Source: Staphylococcus phage BSwM-KMM1
Sequence record: OP902294.1
Length of the DNA stretch: 64,000 bases
Reading direction: 5' to 3' (one strand)
The position numbers and the translations under genes were made by a program. Under the pieces are notes generated by a model that was not told where the DNA came from, made no database searches, and saw nothing but the letters and a program-made list of their open reading frames with translations. Of the stretch, positions 32,023 through 42,460 are shown piece after piece. Each line of letters starts with the position of its first letter. Position 1 is the stretch's first letter.

Positions 32023-32274
32023 ATGAAAGAACAAATCAAACAATTTGAAAGAGAACTTGAAAGAGCAGTAAACAACTTATTCGTATTACATGATTGCGGA
32101 GTATCACAACTAGAGATTGAAGAACAGAATCAAAAAGTTGTATACCTCAAAGCTATTGTAGAGAACATGAAAGCTTATGCAGAAGTTAGAGTTGAGCCAA
32201 AGAGTGAAGAACAATTTTTCAAAGAGCTTGAAGAAGAACTTGAAGAAGAAGAAAAAATATTAAAAGGAATTTAA
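32023..32274 (+). CDS. small acidic coiled-coil LTR protein
   Basis: promoter tttacaactatttaatttgtatgttataat; aaaaggaaatgataaacATG. Confidence 0.45.
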   Translation: MKEQIKQFERELERAVNNLFVLHDCGVSQLEIEEQNQKVVYLKAIVENMKAYAEVRVEPKSEEQFFKELEEELEEEEKILKGI

Positions 32275-32277
32275 GAG

Positions 32278-32305
32278 GAGGGCAAACGCCCTTCTTTATT
32301 TTTAT
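32278..32305 (+). terminator. rho-independent terminator
   Basis: gagggcaaacgccct followed by tctttatttttatt. Confidence 0.6.
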
Positions 32306-32545
32306 TCTATTATATAATTTTTTATATTATACGGGGGCAGGGGTAAAATGCCACTCAATGGGGGTGGGTCTACACAGCTACCCCTCTACCCAGGTACTTA
32401 TTTTTGGGGAAAATTATGAAAATAAATATTCTAAAAGTCAACACCTCCTATAGTAAGTCAACATTACAACCCTACCCTATAAGTCAACAATTTATAATAT
32501 AAATAGATAGCCCTTAAATATAAAGTCAACATATCTAAAATAAAA

Positions 32546-32566
32546 AAGTAGAGGGTATCCTCTACT
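32546..32566 (-). terminator. rho-independent terminator for the minus-strand left-arm operon
   Basis: minus strand: gagtagaggataccctctac followed by tttttt. Confidence 0.5.
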
Positions 32567-32601
32567 CTTCTTTACTCCTCGTTACTCTTCATTACTCTAC
32601 T

Positions 32602-32886
32602 CTACCCTACTCTATCGTTTAAGTCTTGTTCTATAGTATTCATATGCTCCCATACCTCAATCCAGTCTACTCTTGAGTCATCATAGTAAAGGTGGTAGTC
32701 CTGAGGGTTTTCTAAGTACTCTTCTAGTTCATCAAAGTATAATACTTCGAAAGCTGTATCGTCAAGTCCCATTTGAATCTTTAGTATATCCTTATACCCT
32801 AATTGTTTATTACCGCAATAAGCTGTGTCCTCTAATCTCTTCTCTAGTTTATTAAATAGTGTTTGTACGCCTTGTAATTCATTCAT
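32602..32886 (-). CDS. hypothetical protein
   Basis: 94-aa ORF with RBS ggaggtaat. Confidence 0.45.
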   Translation of the reverse strand: MNELQGVQTLFNKLEKRLEDTAYCGNKQLGYKDILKIQMGLDDTAFEVLYFDELEEYLENPQDYHLYYDDSRVDWIEVWEHMNTIEQDLNDRVG

Positions 32887-33229
32887 AATGTATTACCTCC
32901 TAATTGATTATATACTTAGTATAAAGGATAATAATTAGAATATCAATAGTTTTATGTAAAAAAGAGAAAGAATATTATTCTTCCTCTATTCTCTATAGTC
33001 ATCATATATTTCTAGGTAAGGTGAAAATGGTGAGTCACCTCTAGTATTGATAATAACTTCACCTTCATGTTTACTTATCTCTGTAAGCTCTTCTAGGCTA
33101 TTAATTTCTACACACCATCGTTCTAGTGTAAAGGGATTACCTTTTTGGTCTACAAGTTCTAGTTTCTTTATATAGGCACCCTCTATAGGCTTTTTATTAA
33201 TGGTGCTTGTTCTGTCTATAAAAATTCCA

Positions 33230-33712
33230 TTAGTTTTCCTCCTTATATTCTTTATAACTTTTAATAACAATCTTACAGATACCTCTATTAACAGCTAAAA
33301 ACAATAAAAATGATAACAGAGTTATAACTGCTCTAGTATCTCCTGTGAAAGGTAATACTTTAAATAGTAAAACACTTTCTAAAACACTTGTAGCTGTGAT
33401 AATTGTGAGATATAAGATAGATAATAAGTAATCCTTTAATTTTAGTTTAACAAAAGGTTTTTTATTATCTTGTGTTCTTGTTATACCGTATAGAATTATA
33501 AACCATTCTACAGTTACGAGCATAGTTATAAAGTAATTATTTATGTCTAATGCATATAAACCATAAATGATACCCGCAGGAATACCTATAATGAATGCTA
33601 AAAATACAGAGAATATAATTAGCATTATAGGAAGAGCTACAAGGAATCCTAAGCCTTGTTTTGAGTACTCTAATGTATTCTTTCCTAAGGATTTAAAGAA
33701 TGTTTTATTCAT
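33230..33712 (-). CDS. membrane protein
   Basis: 160 aa with multiple hydrophobic helices. Confidence 0.45.
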   Translation of the reverse strand: MNKTFFKSLGKNTLEYSKQGLGFLVALPIMLIIFSVFLAFIIGIPAGIIYGLYALDINNYFITMLVTVEWFIILYGITRTQDNKKPFVKLKLKDYLLSILYLTIITATSVLESVLLFKVLPFTGDTRAVITLLSFLLFLAVNRGICKIVIKSYKEYKEEN

Positions 33713-34002
33713 CTGCTACCTCCTTATTTAGTATGCTATCCTTTCCTGTAAATCATCTAAAACTTCATAATATAGTATCTCCCCAAAACTTAAGTTTTCA
33801 TTCTTATACTTTTCTTTTATATACTCATAGTATTCTTTAGAACTATTCATAAATAATTCTCCTTTTTAAAATTTAATAACTACTTCTATTTTTACTTTAG
33901 GCTCTTTCTTTTCTGATAGTTGTTTTGCAATTAAATCTTTATTTTTTAATTCTTCTTGTATTTGATATAAAGACTTCATTCCTATTCCCCTCTATATTCT
34001 CT

Positions 34003-34497
34003 TTATTTAAACCTATTATATACGCAATGGACTCGAACATCTTCCATTACTTTTCCTAACAAATTCTGACCTTTCCAGTTAATTTCATCTAATATCTCAG
34101 GGTCATTTGCTTTAAGCCCTACTCCCCATATTTTATCATAAGGTGATGCTTCTACGAAATCTTTACGTAAATCTGTATCTAGTATTTTTTGTTTTAAGTG
34201 TGTAGTCATAAATTTATCTTTAACCACTTCTACCATAATGTCATATCTCACCTTATTCCATTGCTCTTCATTAAAATTACGAACTTTACGACCTAGACTT
34301 TTAGCATGGTTCGGATTCTTAGCATTTAATATTTCTCCTGCTATTTGCCAGTCTTTAAAATATTGAGCTTTACGCCACATAAAGGCTTGTTCTGAGTTAT
34401 TAAATGTTCTTCCTTTGTGTTTAAACTTTATTGGGTAAAAGTTAGAATAGATATCTTCCTTACCCCAAAACATAATGTATTCTTTAGTCTCTCTCAT
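34003..34497 (-). CDS. NADAR-family (DUF1768/YbiA-like) protein
   Basis: FWGKEDIYSNFYP..F...G..F.NSEQAFMWRKAQYF.D..........P..AK.LGRKV.NF....W...R...M......KF pattern typical of NADAR. Confidence 0.65.
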   Translation of the reverse strand: MRETKEYIMFWGKEDIYSNFYPIKFKHKGRTFNNSEQAFMWRKAQYFKDWQIAGEILNAKNPNHAKSLGRKVRNFNEEQWNKVRYDIMVEVVKDKFMTTHLKQKILDTDLRKDFVEASPYDKIWGVGLKANDPEILDEINWKGQNLLGKVMEDVRVHCVYNRFK

Positions 34498-34965
34498 TTA
34501 TTCTTACCTCCTTATACATATTTATCTAAAGTACTAACCATTTTATTAAGTTGTTTTTGCTTCTCTATCTTTAATTGGTTTGATTTATCACATTCTTCTT
34601 TGTTTGATTCTCTGAACTCTCCTTTATACTCGATGTACTCATCTCTTAATTGAATAAGGGTTTTAAAAAATCATCATAAGTATTTGGTATACGTTTACTT
34701 ACATATCCCCTTAAATAACCTGCTAATAGACAAAGTTCAATATCATCATTACCATAACCTTCAAAAGAGTTGAGTTTAACAATAATTGTGAAAAAGTTTT
34801 CAAATTTAGGTGTTTTAAAATCAAAGTGTATAGTATGACCTTTACTATCCTTATCCTGACGATATGCAGGCTCTAAAGCTATAAAATTATCTTTATTAAG
34901 TTTATTTAATGTTTTTGTATCTTTGAATAATTCTAGTAATCTCCCTAAAGTTACTGTTTCCATAC

Positions 34966-35676
34966 TTAATCCTCCTCCAATTTAATAAGTGGTAAATCTA
35001 TATCTCTAAATACAGCACCTACATCACATAGCAACATATCATTATGTTCTTCTACTTCTCCACTAATTGTAGGTGTGTGCCCGCATACGTGAATAAAACC
35101 ATCATTACGTGGTTGGAAATCTCTTGACCATATTAATTGGTCTTTGGTTTGGTTTTTAGCTTGTTTCCAACTAACCCCTCCTGAATGCGTAAACTCATAC
35201 TTACCTTGCTTATATATAGTAGCACAGTTATGCATTAGTATCTTAAACTTTCTATAGTCTTCAGACTCTTTGAATTCCTTAATTTCTGCAACGAATTTAT
35301 CGAAGTATTCTCTATAAAACTCATTTTGATTTAACTCAAAGCTCTTTAATGGTGTTGTGTCAATACCATATGACTCTAGTGTTTCTATACAGTATCTTGC
35401 AAACCATTCAACATTATATATGTCCAGTTTATCAATATTTTCTATACTATGCCAAAATGCATCATCATGGTTACCTAGTAATGGTATAATGTCATCATCG
35501 TTTGAGACTCTTTCAAAAACGTAATTAACTACCTCTCTAGATTTTTCACCTCTATCAATATAATCCCCTAAAAATACTATAACATCTCCAGGTTGTCTTT
35601 CCTTATCTATCTTATTCATAATTGTTATTAGTTTTTCATATTCTCCATGAATATCAGGTACTACATATATAGCCAT
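34966..35676 (-). CDS. PPP-family Ser/Thr protein phosphatase (lambda-PPase/ApaH-like)
   Basis: VVPDIHGEY, GDYIDRG, GNHDD and HSGG motifs. Confidence 0.8.
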   Translation of the reverse strand: MAIYVVPDIHGEYEKLITIMNKIDKERQPGDVIVFLGDYIDRGEKSREVVNYVFERVSNDDDIIPLLGNHDDAFWHSIENIDKLDIYNVEWFARYCIETLESYGIDTTPLKSFELNQNEFYREYFDKFVAEIKEFKESEDYRKFKILMHNCATIYKQGKYEFTHSGGVSWKQAKNQTKDQLIWSRDFQPRNDGFIHVCGHTPTISGEVEEHNDMLLCDVGAVFRDIDLPLIKLEED

Positions 35677-35739
35677 TTAATCTCCTCCTTATTGTATATA
35701 ACTATCTTACCATACTTATTTATAAATGTCAACAAAAAA

Positions 35740-35761
35740 CACCTATTAATTAAAATAGGTG
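35740..35761 (-). terminator. rho-independent terminator downstream of the tRNA-like cluster
   Basis: cacctatt/aataggtg hairpin followed on the minus strand by ttttttg; promoter ttgacattt... immediately after. Confidence 0.5.
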
Positions 35762-36023
35762 TAGAAAGAACTCCTATATACATTAGAGTTCTCTAAATAA
35801 TCATTATGTAACGTGTGCCTTGAACTCATAAACTCCGGCACTCCCTAAGTTTTGGGAATAGTTTTGTTTACTTGAGGACATAATATAGCATCTGTAGCCT
35901 TATGTATAACATACCGACTAACCTGTTACTGTGGCATGTGTAGGCTCTAGAAACCCTAGTTTTTATATCTTAACCTTTCATTAGATATATCAGGTACTTT
36001 TAATATGTAATTATAGATAATAC

Positions 36024-36097
36024 TGGAAGGATTTGAACCTACGCCACAAAGACCACTGTCTCCTGCTCTACCAAACTGAGCTACATGTATTATCTAT
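36024..36097 (-). tRNA. tRNA-like gene (non-canonical; anticodon not resolvable by eye)
   Basis: minus strand reads GTAGCTCAGTTTGGTAGAGC (textbook D-arm) ... GGTTCAAATCC (T-loop) ... CCA; I could not fold a canonical anticodon arm. Confidence 0.35.
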
Positions 36098-36106
36098 TAA
36101 TTTCAG

Positions 36107-36196
36107 TGGGAAAGTTGGTATCGAACCAACATTTTATCTCGGTGCATACCCAAGACGTGTAGAGTATACCTCTCTACTGCCTACCTAAGGTTCCCC
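36107..36196 (-). tRNA. tRNA-like gene, ~90 nt (type-II-like or degenerate)
   Basis: minus strand ...GTTGGTTCGATACCAAC (T-arm) with TGGGGAA/TTTCCCA acceptor pairing. Confidence 0.3.
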
Positions 36197-36621
36197 ACTA
36201 TGTATTAGCTCACACCTACGTAAGGCAATGAGCTTAGTTATTTAGATACTGGAGTTGGAAGGGTATTACCACTCAGAATTAGCAGTCAGATACAAAGCCT
36301 CTGCCGGGCAACATACGGTATCTCTCGTACATCACTATTACAGTATACCACAAAGTATATTCCGTGTCAAGTTAATTTATCAATTTAATATATAAATTCT
36401 CCCTATATATTACTCCTGAACACCGATAAGATTTTTAAGTTTGGCTATAACTTCCTCTTCTGTTTGGTAAGAAAAGACTCCTGTAATGTGTTCATAGTTA
36501 CCTACAATCTCATAATAACCTTCATAATAATCTACTAAATACGAGTTATTAAGTAAATTTAATCCTCCATCTCTATAACTAAAGTTAATGTTATAGTCCA
36601 TTAAAAACGCTACAATATTCT

Positions 36622-37370
36622 TCATTTATTTAACCCTCTTCCATTGTATTCTTTTGTCAGAAATTCTACTGTTCTATCTTTTAAAGATTCTTCAACTAAG
36701 TCCATAGCAATTTTGTAGTGTCTCATACTAGACTCATTTTCTTTTAATTTTTCTTTAACTTCACTAATAACTGGTTCAACTTTATTAACTAGGTCGTCTC
36801 TTTTTCTATACTTACATTACTTCTCTTATTAGTTAAAACATCTACTGGCATATATTTTACTTTTGCAAAGTCTTTATAGCTGACCTGTAGATTATCTAAA
36901 TCATCTAATAATTCATTATAATAGTTTAAATGGTTATAGAACGTATAGAATTTAACTAAGTCTTTCCCTGTTAATTCTTGCTTTTTAAGAATACTATTTA
37001 TATTTCCCATTACTGAGTAAGCTAAAGTTTTAAAATTAGCTCTTACATAAGTCAGAAATATAAAATCATCATAAAATAAATCTAAAACTTCTTTATTGAA
37101 TCTAGTATTTTCAGCCTGCTCTAATTGAGCACACAAGTTTAGAACATTATCAAAACCACTTTTCAGTATTAGATTTATAAACCTCTCTACAGAATAGTAC
37201 CTTGACTCTTCTGTATGCTTACTAGACTTCTCACTATTACGGAAAATTGTGTCAGATAGGGGTTGAACTACTAAGCTCATATAATCCCTATCTGAGTGTT
37301 CATCTGCAGTACCTTGATAAGTACTGCCAAATTCTATTTTAGATAATAAAACACATTTTTCTAAATTCAT
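36622..37370 (-). CDS. minimal nucleotidyltransferase (Pol-beta superfamily) protein; frameshifted at A-run ~36788
   Basis: LSKIEFGSTYQGTADEHSDRDY = GS-x10-DxD NTase signature; the C-terminus joins via gaaaaa(a)gag. Confidence 0.5.
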
Positions 37371-37747
37371 TAATGTAACCTCCTTTATTGTTAACTTAAT
37401 TATACCATATCAATATCGTCTTGTCTATACTTAATACACTCATATACTCTAAATAAAATAATTCCTAATACTACTAGTCCTAAAATATATTTCATATTAA
37501 CCCTCCTTAATATCCATGTTTAGTTACCCATCCTGCTAAACCATCCATAGCCATATCATATTCTTCTTCATTTATTATATTTATGATACTCTCAATCTCT
37601 TCTTTTGCCTGGGAAGATGATAGGAATGCAACATCTACATCATCTAAATCAGTATACTGTATATGTTCCTTGATAAATTCTCGTTGGTTAGGTGTTATAC
37701 TATTCACTCTAGAGTTTTCTTGGTTCAAAAATTGGTAAAAATCCATA

Positions 37748-38134
37748 TTATTCACCTTCTTTTAAACAGTCTGCCATGTCTTTTAATACGTTAAGTACAT
37801 ATTTTAAATCTCTGTAGTGGTCGTCAGAAGAATAAATAGTATAGTAAGGTACCATATCACTATAATGGGCACAATCAAAACCTAATACCCTGTAATCACC
37901 TTTATGTTCATCATACGTAATACCTCCATGGGAATGGTCTTCTATCTCATTAAACTGCTCCTCAGTTATATTAGTAGGTACATTAATATACCCATTCAAA
38001 TGTCCCATTTCAGGGTGACGTTTAACAGTTAATTTTATACCTTTATAATCTATATTTAAAGTTAAGCTCTCTCCTAATATATTATTCTCTTTCTCAATAG
38101 TTTTCATAACATGTTCCAGTGCTTTTTCAAACAT
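37748..38134 (-). CDS. hypothetical protein
   Basis: 128-aa ORF. Confidence 0.4.
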   Translation of the reverse strand: MFEKALEHVMKTIEKENNILGESLTLNIDYKGIKLTVKRHPEMGHLNGYINVPTNITEEQFNEIEDHSHGGITYDEHKGDYRVLGFDCAHYSDMVPYYTIYSSDDHYRDLKYVLNVLKDMADCLKEGE

Positions 38135-38443
38135 AACAATTCCTCCTTTTTACTTATACCCTTACTATACACTACTTTTTCTATTTTGTCAACAAAAAAG
38201 ACTACTAATTAAAGTAGTCTTAAAATTAATTACTTGGCTTTATATTTCCATTGCCAGTAACCATTTTTCTGTGAGAATTCGAAGTGGAAACCATCATAGT
38301 CAAACTCAATGTCATAATCTCCGTCTTGAAGCGGTTTTGAATTTAGTACCGGACTATTACTTTTTGCTAACTCTGCTAGAAACTCATGATTTACCTTTTC
38401 CATATGGTTAATTCCTCCTAATTATTCTTACAGTATTAATATA

Positions 38444-38926
38444 TCACAGGTCTTTTTCTAGGTCAGTTTTAAAATTTTCTTCATAGGAACTTGCATAGGT
38501 AACCTCATATCCTACTATTTTATTACTTGTTATGTGTAATGTTTTGTATTCGTCTTTTACTTTTATATCCTCTGATTGTTCTAAGTTATTTAAAACTTCA
38601 TCTAGTATATCTGAAGAATAGTGTACATTAGTTACCTTTATTGTTTCTCCGTACGTGTATATATCAATTTCTTGTATCATCATTTCATCCTTTTGATTAT
38701 TCATTATTTGATTATAAGTTTCTAAATCATCAATGTTATCTGTATCTGAGCCTTTCACTAACCACTCTCCTCTCTTCTTAAGGAGGTCATCAAACTTCTC
38801 ATGCTCTTTAATTATCTTCTCTACTTCACTTGGTATTAAGACAGCCCTAGCATAGTTTATATGCCACATAGACATATTATCAATAAGATAATTAACCATT
38901 CTTATAAGTTCCTTTTCGTTTGCCAT
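38444..38926 (-). CDS. hypothetical protein
   Basis: 160-aa ORF. Confidence 0.4.
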   Translation of the reverse strand: MANEKELIRMVNYLIDNMSMWHINYARAVLIPSEVEKIIKEHEKFDDLLKKRGEWLVKGSDTDNIDDLETYNQIMNNQKDEMMIQEIDIYTYGETIKVTNVHYSSDILDEVLNNLEQSEDIKVKDEYKTLHITSNKIVGYEVTYASSYEENFKTDLEKDL

Positions 38927-38950
38927 ATACCAACCTCCTTATATATACTA

Positions 38951-39510
38951 CTAATATAAGAGAAAAGCAGACCTATTAAAGGTCTGCTTCTTCTTTAATC
39001 CTATTCTTCTATCTTTAGTGAAAGGTATAGATAATCTATCACCTGTTAATAGGGATAACTCTCTAGCCTTTTCTTTAGATAAAGTTACTAACCCATTATA
39101 ATTATCTACTTTAGCATTATATTGCTTTACTAAAAGTTCTATTTCATCTGCTATACATTCTAATTCTCCTGATTTACCTGCAAGTAATTTTCTGTACATT
39201 TCATAATCTTTAGAGAGGGTTTCTACTTTATCCTTCGATAAAGAATCATAAACAGCTTGTAAATTACCCTCTTCAATAAGTTTAAAGTTATGCTCACCTA
39301 CAATTAATTCTTCCTCCGAAGAATCTAATGTTACTAAACCACTAGTTGTATAATCTTCTGTAACGTTTATAACAACACCCTCAGTAACTTTCTCCCTAAT
39401 TCAATAGTTCCGTCTTCATTTTCTTTAAACTTACGAGCATCGTATACTTCTACTTTATCTCCTAGTCTTAAATCTTGAGTTAAATTGTGTTTACCGGTAA
39501 TTCTACCCAT
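38951..39510 (-). CDS. hypothetical protein (frameshifted at G-run ~39400)
   Basis: MGRITGKHNLTQDLRLGDKVEVYD... joins ...YEMYRKLLAGKSGELE via ttaggg(g)ag. Confidence 0.35.
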
Positions 39511-40043
39511 TAGGCATTCTCTCCTTTATTAATAGGGTCTTGTGTTAAAAACATTTCTAAATTATCTTTTGTAATAGGGAACCAAAAATACTGACTGTCC
39601 GGAGTTGAAACTGTGTAAAAGTCCTCTCCCTCATTTACTACAATATTTACTGGAATGAATTCATCTTGCATTAACCAATGAGTAACAACTATATCATAAG
39701 AACCATCCCCACTATAACTTAAGTCTAGTCCATGTTTATACGCTAAATCTTCTAAATATTCTAATAAATCGTTTTTCGTATCAAATTTCTCTACTACAGT
39801 ATTATCTTTAATAGGATTAATTAGCTCTGTACAAACGATACCATATAATTCTCCTTCTGTAACTTCATAATTATTTTCGATTAGTACATCTTGTAGCTTA
39901 TTAATAGAGTTTGTAACTACTTTTCCATATTCCTCTTCTGTAAATTTACATTTATCTAAATCAGCCTCTGTAATTAGTTCTGAAGTCCATTTATTTAAAA
40001 TTGATACCGCCATTGTTCTAGAAATAATATTATCATATAACAT
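39510..40043 (-). CDS. hypothetical protein
   Basis: 177-aa ORF. Confidence 0.4.
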   Translation of the reverse strand: MLYDNIISRTMAVSILNKWTSELITEADLDKCKFTEEEYGKVVTNSINKLQDVLIENNYEVTEGELYGIVCTELINPIKDNTVVEKFDTKNDLLEYLEDLAYKHGLDLSYSGDGSYDIVVTHWLMQDEFIPVNIVVNEGEDFYTVSTPDSQYFWFPITKDNLEMFLTQDPINKGENA

Positions 40044-40484
40044 ATTTATTTAATCTCCTTGTTTAGGTGAATATGGTCTTCTAATGAGAAATCAAAAGGT
40101 GCTTCACCATTTCTTTTATTATTTTTTCTTTTTAAGTATAACACATGCTAGTGGAAAAGTCAAGACAGTTGTTATTAATATTATTGAAATTTTATTTAAC
40201 TTCTTCATAACTATTCTAACTCCTTAAGTTTATTCCTTACTTTATCTTTATCATACTTATAATCTTTTTCAGGTGTGTTTTTTCTTCTTCCTCATTAATC
40301 TCTCTATACTGAGCTTCTTCTACTTGTTGTTCTTCTTTACTATCTTCCTTATATTCCTTTACCTCTTGAACTTCCCCTTCGTTACTGGAACCTCCAACTT
40401 TTTTCCTAAAAAGAAACCAAAGTATCAATAGAATAACTAATAAAATGATGATACTTAGTACTACCGCCCAAATATTGTTAATCA

Positions 40485-41329
40485 TTATAGTCTACCCCCA
40501 AATAATTTTTTTACTTCTCTTAAGTTTTCTGATGAATCATTGTTTATGTTAATTCCTGTACTTGAATCAAAGATTACAGCATTATCAAGTAAATGTTCTT
40601 TAAGTTTATTTTCATAACTATCTTTTCCGGTTACACTACCATAACCACCCTGTGTTAAATCAGTCATATCAGGTTCAACTTCTAATACTCTAAACGAAAT
40701 TCTACGTAAAAATGAAGGGTTTACTAAGTAAAACGATGATTTAAAAACATTTAATCTTTGATAAGAGTGTTTTATATTGACAACAAATCCAGTAAGTTTA
40801 TTACTACGACCTGAATTTGATAGTTTACCTAAGTACAAATTAATACTATAACCTTTTGTTTCCAACGTTTGTATGGCACTTAGAAGTATAGCACCTCTAT
40901 ACGCAAGATTCTCAGGGTCTTCCATCCAACTTATACTAGAATTATAGAATACATCAATAACTTTCTTCTCTGCTTTGACTCTCTGTTGAGACATCATAGA
41001 ATTAGGTAAACCTTTTATAGCATTAGGTACATGAGGTTGGTAGCCTTCAGGAGCTATAACTGGTTTTCTTTTACAGATGTATCCATTCTGAATAAGGCAT
41101 CTGTCATCTTTTTAAGTTTAACAACCATATCATATGACTCTCTATCTCCTTTAACCATTAAGTTATATGCTTCATTAAAGCTATGAGTACCTGTGAAGTC
41201 ATAGTTACCTGTATCTGATGAATTGTCTCTACCTGAAACTCTATTCTTTTTTAAAGCAGAAAAGAAATCAGGTAGACCATCATATTTAATTACATTTAAT
41301 TCTGAGTTATCTATTAATCGTCTACCCAT
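40485..41329 (-). CDS. partner protein of the AAA+ ATPase (possible vWA/MIDAS-like; frameshifted at A-run ~41075)
   Basis: 41054..41329 and 40485..40997 join through ...MDTSVKRKPVIAPEGYQPHVPNAIKGLPNSMMSQQRVKAEKK. Confidence 0.35.
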
Positions 41330-41341
41330 TGTTTTTTCCTC

Positions 41342-42460
41342 CTATTCTAATCCTAGTTTATCCATAATAGTGTTGAAGTCCATTGAATCACTAGATGAAC
41401 TTTGAGTTTTTCTTGGCTCTTGCTTAGGTTCTTGTGTGATTCCTAAAAGATTTCTTGTTGCTTCTGTATATCTATTATCTTCAGGTAAAGAACTAATAAA
41501 TTGGTTAATCTCATCTTTTGGTACTGATTTGAAGATGATACTTTCTACAACAAACTCATCGTCCATTACTCCATCTAATTTACTTCCGTTAATAATTGCA
41601 CGCATTGAGAAAACATAAGGTAATCCTTTTTCTTCGTTTTCATATCTTAATTTCTGTACAAAGTTTACTAAGTCTTCATTACTTGATAATTGGTGTTCTA
41701 CTTTATTATCGTAATCAAATTCCACCTGAGCAAAACGGTCTAATGTAGCTCCATCAAGTTGCTGTCTACCTACATAAATGTGGTCTGCTCCTGTTCCCAT
41801 AGTATTACCTGCTGATACTACTCTAAAGTCTTCATGTGCTGATACACGACCAGTAGGGAAGTCGAAGTATTTATTTGCAATAGCTGAGTTAAGAATTAAT
41901 AATACTTCAGGAATAGAAGCATCCATTTCATCTAAGAAGAATAATCCTCCGTTTGTAAATGCTTTATAGAACTGAGTTTCATGAAACTTACCGTTTGCAT
42001 CAATAAATCCTGTTAATTTAAATTCTTGAGTGATTGCATTACTGAAATAGAAGTCTAGGTCTAATGCTTCTGCTACTTGTTCCAATACATGGTTCTTACC
42101 TGAACCTGCTCCACCTTTTAAAAATACTGGAATGTTTTGATTAACTAATTTTAGTATATCTTGATATCTGTAATGGAAGATTCCTGAGATGTCCTTAATT
42201 GTTTTTCCTTCTTGTTGTAATTCAATTTTAACTGGTAAATTATTAAGTTGCTCTTCTACATATGATTCAATTTGTTTTTTAACATCTGTAATAATGATTT
42301 CTCTACTTTCAGTTCCTGCTTTCTCAACAATTGCATCTACAATTGCTTGTTCATAAGGATTAGAGTTCTTCTCTCCTAGTTTTTCTGCTAAGTCTTTTGT
42401 TGTTTCCATTTGTTGTTCTACCAATTTCTCTAATCTTTCAATAGTATCTTGCTTTGCCAT
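41342..42460 (-). CDS. AAA+ ATPase (MoxR/AAA_5-like)
   Basis: Walker A FLKGGAGSGKNHV; Walker B GGLFFLDEMD. Confidence 0.65.
   Translation of the reverse strand: MAKQDTIERLEKLVEQQMETTKDLAEKLGEKNSNPYEQAIVDAIVEKAGTESREIIITDVKKQIESYVEEQLNNLPVKIELQQEGKTIKDISGIFHYRYQDILKLVNQNIPVFLKGGAGSGKNHVLEQVAEALDLDFYFSNAITQEFKLTGFIDANGKFHETQFYKAFTNGGLFFLDEMDASIPEVLLILNSAIANKYFDFPTGRVSAHEDFRVVSAGNTMGTGADHIYVGRQQLDGATLDRFAQVEFDYDNKVEHQLSSNEDLVNFVQKLRYENEEKGLPYVFSMRAIINGSKLDGVMDDEFVVESIIFKSVPKDEINQFISSLPEDNRYTEATRNLLGITQEPKQEPRKTQSSSSDSMDFNTIMDKLGLE

Larger units (their letters stand above)
24240..32600. repeat. collapsed long terminal repeat (LTR, ~8.4 kb) of a Kayvirus genome; early/host-takeover region
   Basis: The size matches the ~8.5 kb LTR I recall for phage K. 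Both ends carry short-repeat arrays (24258-24420 and 32430-32620). Consensus promoters and tiny ORFs are dense; plus-strand right-arm genes lie upstream and minus-strand left-arm genes downstream. Confidence 0.55.

Noticed and set aside
26800-32100. Periodic promoter/RBS repeats separated by unique about 250-450 bp segments, as a CRISPR-like array
   Set aside because: The unique segments are protein-coding ORFs with start modules. The repeats are promoters and terminators rather than palindromic CRISPR repeats, and no cas genes are present.
36024-36196. Assigning amino-acid identities to the two tRNA-like elements
   Set aside because: I could not fold canonical anticodon stems. Identities are left open rather than guessed.
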